Assembly: GCA_024137785.1 (NCBI GenBank) | Contig: JAHRHZ010000140.1 | Coordinates: 20,944,783-21,008,782, forward strand | DNA from: Ginglymostoma cirratum | Lineage: Eukaryota | Direction: 5' to 3' | DNA: 64,000 nt | In this document: positions 53,726 through 63,187 of the stretch, in pieces | Position numbering within the stretch: the first letter of the stretch is position 1 | Layout of the letters: each line of letters starts with the position of its first letter | The notes under the pieces: generated by a model | What the model was told of the DNA's origin: nothing | Seen by the model: only the letters and a program-made list of their open reading frames with translations | Database searches by the model: none | Made by a program: the position numbers and the translations under genes

Positions 53726-55739
53726 GTAAGAGGGAATCTGATTTGATGTGTAAAGTATTCATGCTACTTGTATTTGTGGCCAGTTACTTTCAAGAAAGCT
53801 GGGGGAGACTTACAGTTTGGGTACTGTGTGGGTGTGATGCCAACAGTCTGGTGCAGGGTCAGGCCTAACATTTTAATTTTGATAAGCTGCCAAACAGGGT
53901 CATTACCTCAGCTTGCTACATTGGAACATAAATCAACTGGCTACTATATGCAGGCAGATAAGCTGGTAAGAGCTGTCTGGGAGTACAAGAAAGTCTGCAC
54001 CAAATTGGCCGCTCTAACATTGTATTCTGCACTCTGTTTTGTTACACTGATGCACTTATATAGTACTGTACAGCACATAAGACAACACTGTTCACTGTTC
54101 TTTGGTAAATGTGATGGTAACAAATGAAATGAAATGGACTCAAATGTCTATGGGGTATTCTCAATGACTCTCTTCCTCTTCTTGGGTCTTACAAGAAACT
54201 CTCTCTGAAATGATCATTTGGGAGAGGTCTTTAATGGGCCTTTCAACATGTGACAAGGAGAGTGATTAGCTTGTGCAATTCATACATTATCTTACCCCCC
54301 CCTCCCCCCACCATCCCATTTTCTTCTAGATACTTGCAGTTTGGATTTCACAACTGAAGTACCATCATACTTTGATTACCCACTTGTTTGTTTTGGCCAA
54401 GACACTCACATAAAGGGCGAAGAGTTGATGCCGCAGGGAAAGGTCCCTATCAGATTTTCAATAACTGGCACTTTTTTCAGGCAAGAGGTGGGATTACCAG
54501 TAGTTGGTGCCCTTCCCCCAGTTGTGCCGCAATTTATCTGAGGTGAAATAATTAAATACCAAACAGGTAACATCTTAAAGAAAGAAAATGATGTAAGATA
54601 AAAGTTTAACTTTCTCAATTGTTAACTTTAAATGACCATGGACAATTTATCAAGTTTAACAATCAGTTTACATCATTGTGTAATGTTCCTGTAATGATTT
54701 GAATATTGTATTAATTTTTGATTTGGAGTAATGGTGTAAAATATTAGCAGTATGGTTCCAGCATTTGTGATCATTGGCAAAGGAACGGGCCCACAGACTT
54801 TCTATGAGATTTCTACTCAAACTTTATTTTGTTAGAAATCTGTTTTGGATATTACAGTGCCCTCTTTCCAGTGTTTTGGATTTGTGAGGCCAGACCAAAC
54901 AGTGTGTATCTCCATAACCAATTAATTTGAAGAATTATTAATGAGATGTGTAGACTTTGAACCAGGAAGTTTAAAATTGAATATGTAATTTAATTAAAAT
55001 CATTTAATTTAATTAAAAATATTTAATTTAATTAACATAATTAAAAATTCTGCCCAATCATGTGCAGAAGGTGAACTGGTCAGAAGAAAGATAGGTTAAG
55101 TATGAGAGGGAAAATGCAAAGGGGCAGAAATAAAGCATTTGAAACAATTATTTATTTATTTTGTTTTCCAAAATCTCCAACAAAAAGGTAAGATTTGGAG
55201 TAGTGACATTCTTCACTTGTAATAGTTCATTTTTGTGGCAGATAGTTGTTTGGCAGTAATTAATAATCATCGCATCATTGGAATTTCATTTGCATTTTGT
55301 TAGAAAACCTCTATCATCTGGAGGGTTTACTGGGTTTTTGTCAAATAAGCACAGAAGTATCATGCACTTCCTTCTGTTTTAGTGTGTCTTTCAGCAAGGT
55401 AGTGTTAAAGTGAAGTTTCTGGAGGAGCAGGACAATAACTTCCTGATTTCTGCATTTATTTTGTGAGTGCAGGTGCCTGCGGATGTTTAAATTACTCTGT
55501 TTTTTATCACGGTAATCATTGATAGCCTCACCAATATTCATACTGCATATTTGCTGCATGCACCAAATTTGCCACATGTTAAAGGAACTATGCACATTAC
55601 AGCTGATACTTTGTTCATCAAAGTGGTGGATATGACCAGTGAGGCAATTTAAGCTAACTAGAGATTAAAATATCATCTGAACACCGTGGTAAATTCAGAA
55701 CTGATACTTTACCGTTTTGAAACAGACTCGATGACATAC

Positions 55740-57000
55740 TCAGTGTTGTTATTGAGGTGACCTAGTCATGCCAGGTTTTTGTTGATTAAGCTGACTGCTT
55801 GGTCCAATGGACCTCCATGTTGGACATTGGGCACTAACATCTCAGGTACTGCTCCATGGGCGCCATCTACTCCAACTGCATGTCCGTGAACAGTGGCATC
55901 TGACCTGTGCCAGCTTCTCCAAACTCTCATGGCACTTCTGTGACCCATTTCAAGGATGCTCCTGACTTCAGTACTGTATCTCAGGCTGCAGTGGTAACTC
56001 ACAGTAATGCTGCAGCAAAGACACTGTGTCCTCAGGGACATATAGCCAGCTCATGGACTGGACCAGGCTGCATTTCCAGGCTCCTTGTTATAGCACTCAC
56101 TCATTCTGAATCTACCAAAATGCTCACAGAATCCCTGTCCTTCATTGGCCTTTTGCATTTTTATCCCTTCAGCTAGTGACAACAGGCTCACCGTGTTGCT
56201 GTATTGCTGTTCTGTTTGGCACCAACAGAAAGCCAGGAAGCTTGTTGTGGTTGTCAGCGGTCATTTGTCAAGTCAAGAGTTAGGTGAGGGGCCAAGGCAC
56301 AGTAAGTCAAGTGCAACCTCTGATATCAACAGAGGGGCTTAGAGATGGTCAGGGTGGTCAGAGTCAGGGTCCTCTTCACACAAGGGGTAAGCAGCTGAAA
56401 GAAGGACAACACATCCCCTGTTTTGAGTTTTTCAGTCCTTTGCGGACTGTTTTCCTCCTGGAATGAGAGAGAAGCAGCTATTAAGGGAGATGAAATTTTG
56501 TGGCTCAGCTGTTATTTTTGGTGAAGGTGGGGAGATGTCCTGAGTGTGTGAGCAGACAGCACAGAGGGCAGGTGAGATTAATGGTGTCGGGGATTTGGGT
56601 TGGTGACAGTGAGGGAACCTCTACACAATAGTGAGAGAGTTAGACCATGAGCCTTGGGAGGTCGGTACAATAGTACAAAGAGAGAAGATGGTAGGACTTG
56701 CACTGGCAGTGGAGAAGACTATTGACCTACTTCATATGGTGCCCTGCATTCTTGCAGATAACTGAGACTGCTCTGAACCATCTGGCAACCTTGGGTCACA
56801 TGGTCTGATGTCATGACCTGTGTTAGTTCTGGGACAAGAGGACATCCAACATGAACCATTCCATCCAGCAGGACCTCTAGGTCCCTTCCTGCAAAGCTAG
56901 ACACAAAGTTTCCCTTGCCTTCCATCTTTGGGGCGAATGTCAGGAACTATGCAGGGCAACACTGGACTAACAGTGCTTGTCTGATTGCTCAATAGCCTTT
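55740..57000 (-). mobile_element. PIF/Harbinger-like transposon relic (Myb/SANT ORF remnant)
   Basis: Minus-frame SFAGRDLEVLLDG resembles the N-terminus of Harbinger Myb-like proteins; broken frame. Confidence 0.4.
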
Positions 57001-57146
57001 TAAAGATGGACACCAGTACCAGACATGCCAGTCAATTCTGGGATATCCTGGCAGTGGCAAGTTGTTTCAGGAATAGTGCATGGTAAGAAGGGGATAGAAT
57101 TGGACAAGATGGATGCAATAGGTATGGGGTAGGTAGTTAATGAGGC

Positions 57147-57250
57147 AATATAGACAAACAGGAGGCTGGAAGAACACAGCAAGCCAGGCAGCATCTGGAG
57201 GAAAGGAGAAGTCTCCGTTTCGGGTATTACCCTTCTTCAGGACTGGTCCG
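57147..57250 (-). mobile_element. Penelope-like short insertion
   Basis: Core CUGAAGA-A-GGGU-aau-ACCC-GAAAC with mutated cleavage triplet; TSD agttaaYgaggc (57135-57146 / 57251-57262, 11/12). Confidence 0.75.
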
Positions 57251-58044
57251 AGTTAACGAGGCGAGAAAAGTCACTAAGCCTTATGGTGAAAAACACTCCA
57301 AAAGAACTTGACACAATGTTCACTCTGCCAAAAAAGGAATAAAGATTCAACCAACAATGTTTGTCTGGGAAATGTTTCAATATTGATAATGTGACCCTAT
57401 TTGCTTAGTAACTCCAGTTATAAGATGGTGAATTCACATTATAGTCTGCATATGCAAATTTAATCATATTTTGTTCAAAAGCATTTAACCATCTGATAAC
57501 ATGAATTAAACGATATTGCTAATCCAGCAAAGGAGGGATCTAATGCTTAATAGATTTAAATTATCAGGTCATTTGAATTCTTATCTTATGATGGGTTTCT
57601 GCCTCATCCTGTCACGCTGACAAGCTGTGTGGTCAATAAGAACTAACCAGGAGTTCCGCCTATCCTTATTACCTGTTATGGGTGTATTGGAAAAGTTACA
57701 TGTTTGACCATCTACCTGCTTGGCTGTGTTGTGAATGCTCCCTCCCTGGCCAACAAGCCTTGGAGTGGGTCCTGAACCCAGAACTTCAGGCTTAGAGACA
57801 GTGGTGGGGGGAGCATTACCATTAAGTCTCAAGACCTCAAGTAAATTCATCGTCCTCTGGCAGCTTATAGCTGTAAATAAAGCAAATGCCTACATTACAG
57901 ATATCAACTTCTTCTTGTTTTAAAAGTTAGGTTAAAGGCAAGGTAACTACCTGATTAGAAATGTCTCAATATGTCACCTAACCTTCCAAACAAGAAAGAG
58001 AGAAGTTGCAAGTCTTTAAATAATGATATCCATTTTTCTTTCAG

Positions 58045-58356
58045 TATCAATACAAGAATACTTTTATAAAAGAGAGGGGAAAACATATTGGTGCTCGAAG
58101 CATTTTGGATGATCCTAAGATGTTACATTGCATGCAAATTGGCAAGTTACAAAGTGAAAAGTTGTACAAGAAAGAATCGCAAGACAGCAGGACGCAATTC
58201 CACTTAACAATGGATATGGTGAATCTGGTGCATGCTAAGAATGCCCAGGCTTTGGCCAGTGACTTGGGTTACAAAAAGTTGATTCATTCGTATACTGTTC
58301 TGCCGTATGACATGAAGATGGAATTGGCTAAAAAAGCCTATAATCAACAGAGTGAG
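58045..58356 (+). CDS. NRAP: NRAP exon, SR4, 104 aa (three modules)
   Basis: cag|YQYKNTFIKERGKHIGARSILDDPKMLHC...ELAKKAYNQQSE|gtaaat; 312 nt. Confidence 0.94.
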
Positions 58357-58537
58357 GTAAATGAGCATAACAGTTTTACCATTAAATTGATGTATATCAA
58401 GCTTCAGTTGGGGGAGGAGAGGGTGATAAGTGGGCAAAGAACTGGTCAACAACCATGGAAAAGAAACTTGGCGAAGGGTGCAAATCTAGCTGCCAATTTC
58501 CAGTCAGTGGATGTTTTTGTATCTTGTTTTCATACAG

Positions 58538-58642
58538 GTGCAATACAGGTCTGATCTAAACTTCCTCAAAGGTGTTGCATGGATGGCACAGGGCTCCCCA
58601 CAGATTGAGACAATGAAGAAAGCTGGTGAACTAATCAGTGAG
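58538..58642 (+). CDS. NRAP: NRAP exon, SR4, 35 aa, FLKGVAW motif
   Basis: cag|VQYRSDLNFLKGVAWMAQGSPQIETMKKAGELISE|gtaaga. Confidence 0.94.
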
Positions 58643-58711
58643 GTAAGATCTTTAATTGGTCAGGTGCCTATAGAGTCTCTTTTCAAAATGATTGATTGTT
58701 TTTGTTTCTAA

Positions 58712-59080
58712 GACAATACCTCAAGCCCCACCCCCAGCTCCTACCTACTAACCTCATCCCGCCCCCTTGACCTGTCCGTCCTCCCTGGACTGACCTATCT
58801 CCTCCCTACCTACACTCACCTTTACTGGCTCCATCCCCACCTCTTTGACTGGTCTGTCTCTTCTCCACCTATCTTCTCCTCTATCCATCTTCTATCTGCC
58901 TCCCCCGCTCTCCCTATTTATTTCAGAACCCCCTTCCCCTCCCCCATTTCTGAAGAAGGGTCTAGGCTCGAAATGTCAAGCTTTCCAGCTCCTCTGATGC
59001 TGCTTGGCCTGCTGTGTTCATCCAGCTCTACACCTTGTTATCTCAGATTCTCCAGCATCTGCAGTTCCTACTTTCTCTGA
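58712..59080 (+). mobile_element. Penelope-like element 3' region (pyrimidine-rich tract, hammerhead core, tail)
   Basis: Longest copy of the family; CT-rich leader, then ttctgaagaagggtctaggctcgaaatgtc...ccagcatctgcagttcc. Confidence 0.75.
58950..58977 (+). ncRNA. Minimal hammerhead ribozyme-like core (sense)
   Basis: CUGAAGA-A-GGGU-cuag-GCUC-GAAA-UGUC; two C>U changes that give wobble pairs. Confidence 0.55.
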
Positions 59081-59339
59081 AATGATGAGATTCTGTTAGC
59101 TTTCAGCCTGATTTCAAACAGGAGGAGCAGCAGACTTGTCAAAGAATAGTTCTGTGAGCTCCTTACCAACCTCTCCTGCTTTGATTACTATCATTCTGGG
59201 ATTTTCCAGAAAATTTAAGTTGACACCTCCCCCCCCCCAACCAAATTATTGTCCAGCTAAGCAGAGATGCAGTCTCCAAGGTAATGCCAGATTTCTGCCG
59301 AAGTGGAAAACCTCATCTGATTTTGTATTAAGCATGCAA

Positions 59340-59965
59340 CAAATCATAGGAACGCGAGTAGCCCATTCAGCCCCTCGAGCTATTCAGTGAGACCATGGCT
59401 GATCTGTGGCCTAACACTACACACCTACCTTTGGCCCATATCCCTTACTACCTGTGTTCAACAGAAATTTATCTATTTCAACTGATTCTAGCATACACGG
59501 TCATTTGTGGAAGAGAATACCAAACATCTACTGCCTTTTGTGTGTTCAAGTCCTTCCTAACAACTCTCCTGAAAGGTCTGACCCAAATTTTTCGACTATA
59601 CCTCCTAGTTCCAGAATTCCTAGCCAGTGGAAATAGTTAATCTTTATCTACTATATCTTGTGTCTCGTGTCCTGGAGACTTCAATCAGATCACCCCTTCA
59701 CCTCCTAAATTCCAGAGAAAATGACCCTAAACTGTATAATCTCTCCTGTTAATTTAACCCTGGAAGCCCAAGTATCATTCTTGTAAACCTATGTTTTACT
59801 TCCTCCAAGACCAATATATTCTTCCGAAGGCATGGTGCCCAGATCTGTTCACAGTGCTCCAAGTTGGTCTAACCAGGGTTTTTTTAAATATCTGCAGCAT
59901 AATTTCTGCATCCTTGTACTTCAGTCCTCTAGATATAAAGGCCAGCATTCCATTAGCTTTCTTGG
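59340..59965 (-). mobile_element. CR1 3' fragment
   Basis: KKANGMLAFISRGLKYKD...TLVRP on the minus strand; CR1 tail. Confidence 0.85.
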
Positions 59966-60261
59966 AATAAATGTTGACCAATATGTATTTTGTATGTTGT
60001 GGCAAGATACTGTCAAACTTAAATACATTGCAATGAAACCTCTGTAGTTTGTTGACATTGCTGAGACCACTTATTTGATTACTGGGCAGTAATTTTCCGA
60101 ATGGATTTACAACAAATATTTTGAAGACACAATATTCTAAACATTCTTGACTGGAGGTTCCTTTTCCAACACAGATGGGGAAGAGAGTCTGTCTTACACA
60201 TGTATAACTTTCTATTTTTTTCTGGATATTTAATTACATTCTCAATTTCTTTGTTCTGTAG

Positions 60262-60360
60262 AAAAAATACAGACAGCATCCTGATACCTTGAAGTATACA
60301 AGTGTGATTGACTCTGCAGATATCATCCACGCTAAGAACAGCTATCTGCAATGTAGCGAT
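60262..60360 (+). CDS. NRAP: NRAP exon, SR5, 33 aa
   Basis: tag|KKYRQHPDTLKYTSVIDSADIIHAKNSYLQCSD|gtatgt. Confidence 0.94.
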
Positions 60361-60714
60361 GTATGTTAAGGCAGAGCTTTGAAGTATCCTTTCATGTGGC
60401 AATTATGTATTAATATATATCTAAATGCCATCTTTGGATCAAAAAAATATTTCTGCATCAAAATAAGCTAACGTTATTTGATGCAAGTGTACCAATTAGT
60501 TTGGAGAACATACTATCCATCTCCTTTTCATTTCACTGTAGTATTGAAAACAGGTGGAAATCCATGATAGCTTTTCCATGTTCATTGATAATCTATAGGA
60601 GTGAGGAAGCAGGACTAAGACAGAGAAAGCATGCATTGTCAGATTCTGTGCTGACAGTAACTTCAGTAATTAGTATTTCTTCAATGTCCCTGTCCTCAAT
60701 CAGTTTGTGGTGAT

Positions 60715-60926
60715 TGTAATGAGGTCATCCAGGTGGGCATCATAGAATATTAGTTTCCTGACTGGAGCTATTAACCTGGTCCAATCAAGGAGCCCATGCT
60801 GACAGGTATAAACAGGAGTGTCAGAGGTTCTGTTCACTCTGAGAGCTGGCTCGGTGTCAAGGACTCTCCACGTGTAAATAAAGGGTGACTTGGTGATGGG
60901 GTACCAGCCTCTGAAGTTATTTCACA
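60715..60926 (+). mobile_element. Probable solo LTR
   Basis: TG...CA ends; CCAAT 60781, TATAAA 60807, AATAAA 60877; flanks gtgat/gttat (4/5). Confidence 0.55.
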
Positions 60927-62224
60927 GTTATATGATAAAGTAAAAGCCAACAAACAAAACAACATCTTCTGTCTTCCATGGTAAAAGTCTGAACCAAACT
61001 GTGTAGCATCGTGTGGGAGGGCAATGAGTCTGAAGTAATCAGTGGGCAATAGGTCTGAAGTTGATCTTATCTTGAGGGTGAATTGCAGGTACTCCTCCAC
61101 TTGGTACCCATGGAATTTAGCCCCATTGGTATACACCTGGTCTATGACTTCCCAATAATATGTTCTATTGATTCATACTACTTAGGCATTATGGATATTA
61201 ATTTAGGATTGAATTGGACATGTCTTATTGTGGATACGTGGCACCTTGTAATATTGGATGAATACCCTCAGCAACCATTGATCACTGGAGGCAGCTGCAA
61301 TTTCATGATTGTAATTTACAATAGGGAACTAATCATTGGGATAATTTGTATATGTTCAATAGATTATAGGCTAGTTGTTGACAACTGCTTAATTGCCCAT
61401 CAGGAAAGTTTTGAAACTTTATTGTCTGTTGGACTATCCCTGTCAATTTTAGTTAATTACATTGTGGACCAGCATCTGTCAGCTAGGTTAAAAGCATCTT
61501 CAAAAACTTGCACCTTGACTCCTGTAGCTATCAATTATTTGATAATTATATTTTTAAGCTTTGACCAGTTCTAATGGTTGCTGGGCTGAGTATTGGTTCT
61601 GCCCTGTATGGAGCTTCACGAGCTTCTTAGACAATCCTTGCACTTACATTTAGCAAAACAACTGCCAAATTGTATTTCTTCTACAATGTACTTACACATT
61701 TTCCAGGTTTATTTATCAGAATAATATGTATATTTTGAGAGCTACAGAAATATCCTGAATGGAAAGTTTAGAGCTGACAATAGCTTATTCCACAAATGTA
61801 CATTTAAGGCAAAATAGTTCCAAATATTTATCACTTGCCTACGAGTGAATATTTGGAACTATCGAGCAACATTTATATTACAACTTGGTTCTCCCTTTTT
61901 AAAGTGCAGTCAATGCATTTATTCTGCTAACTAACTACTGCGTGAGTCTGAGCAATGGGACGTTTCAATTTTCAGTTACTGGTATCTTAACACTCAATCA
62001 ACAAAAGCTGCTGTAATTTTACAGTATGCACCCTAAAATCTTAGAAGGAGAATTTATTTAGTACCTATTTGATCATTTTTTTAAAATCAAGTAAAAATCC
62101 ATATACTTTCATCTTTCTCTCACATGAATGTGCAATTGGCAACTACAGCTCTTACTAGGAGAGTGTAAAATAAAAGATTAGAAGTTTAAAAGGAAATCTA
62201 ATGGGATGATGCCTTCCTTTGCAG

Positions 62225-62329
62225 AGGTTGTACCGAGCCAGAAACACCCAGTCAATGCATAGGTGTACGATACCACCTGACCATCCTGATTTCAGGCGAG
62301 CCAGAATCAATGCTTACAACATTAGTGAT
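62225..62329 (+). CDS. NRAP: NRAP exon, SR5, 35 aa
   Basis: cag|RLYRARNTQSMHRCTIPPDHPDFRRARINAYNISD|gtaagt. Confidence 0.94.
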
Positions 62330-62413
62330 GTAAGTTGTTGGATTGACTGTAGATCGATCATGGTTACTTTTTGATCGATTTTAGTATTTTTTTTCCATTG
62401 TTTGTTGATTATT

Positions 62414-62459
62414 GTACATCAGTTTATAATTGCGTGGTACATCAGTTTATAATTGCGTG
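62414..62459. repeat. Perfect 23-bp tandem duplication
   Basis: gtacatcagtttataattgcgtg x2. Confidence 0.95.
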
Positions 62460-62510
62460 AATATTAGCAATTCGTTGATTAGCTGACGTCCCTTGTGCCA
62501 ACACCTGTAG

Positions 62511-62893
62511 CATGGTGGCTCAGTGGTTAGCACTGCTGTTTCTCAGCGTCAGGGACCTGGGTTTAAATCCAGCCTTGGGCAATTGTGTGAAGTTTGCAAA
62601 CTCTGTCCATATCTGCATGGATTTCATCGGGGGCGGGGTGGGGTGGGGGTCTCTTGTTTCTTCCCACAGTCCAAAGATGTGCAGGTTAACTGGATTGGCC
62701 ATGCTAAATTGCCTCATAGTGTCCAGGAGTGTGCAGGTTGGGTGGGTTAGCCATGGGAAATGCAGGGTTATAGGGAGAAGGTGGGAGGTTGGGGGGGGGA
62801 GTGTCAGAGTTGGATGCTCTTTGGAGGATCGGTGTGGACTTATGGGCCGAATGGCCTGCTTCCACATTGTAGAGATTCTGTGATTCTATGACT
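62511..62893 (+). mobile_element. HE1-like V-SINE
   Basis: tRNA-like head, V-domain, tail gggccgaatggcctgcttccacattgtagagattct. Confidence 0.9.
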
Positions 62894-63040
62894 TATTTAT
62901 GGAGTGAACTTGTGGTAGTATTTCTGCCCCTAAGTCTGAAGGTGCAGTGTGTGAACTCAGCTGCTGAGAAGTGGAGACTAGCGTTCTACCTTTAGAATTG
63001 TACGTTACATTCAGTTATAGGACTGGACTTAATAACTCAT

Positions 63041-63187
63041 ACACAATAAAAACCAAAAGAACTGCGGATGCTGTAAATCAAGAACAAAAAGAAAGTTGCT
63101 GGAAAAGTTCAGCAGGTCTGGCAGCATCTGTGAAGGAGAAAACAGAGTTAACGTTTCGGGTCCGGTGACCCTTCCTCAGAACGTAAT
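63041..63187 (-). mobile_element. Young Penelope-like short insertion with intact hammerhead core
   Basis: Perfect 14-bp TSD acttaataactcat (63027-63040 / 63188-63201); CpGs undecayed. Confidence 0.85.
63150..63179 (-). ncRNA. Minimal type-I hammerhead ribozyme core (antisense)
   Basis: CUGAGGA-A-GGGUC-accg-GACCC-GAAA-CGUU; stem I GUU/AAC. Confidence 0.72.

Larger units (their letters stand above)
96..62329 (+). other. NRAP: NRAP gene body (partial): 26 internal coding exons, 1109 aa of nebulin repeats
   Basis: Spliced exons give an open frame with SDxxY modules, a 241-243 aa seven-module periodicity and WMKGVGW-type motifs. Peptides such as YEGVGMD, KLVPLKD, SKDEPLF, WSKLRDGGYKL and PDHPDF match NRAP as I recall it, rather than NEB or NEBL. 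Confidence 0.93.

Noticed and set aside
54985-55050. Regulatory or CRISPR-like array (atttaatttaattaa repeats)
   Set aside because: Low-complexity AT tandem repeat with no unique spacers, in a eukaryotic context.
61083-61574. 163-aa plus-strand ORF
   Set aside because: Non-ATG start, hydrophobic AT-rich composition, no motif or splice support; likely a chance ORF in a decayed repeat.
96-62329. Assignment to nebulin (NEB) or nebulette
   Set aside because: Simple repeats lead into strongly diverged super-repeats whose peptides match NRAP in order as I recall them; nebulette lacks super-repeats. A reciprocal BLAST would settle it.
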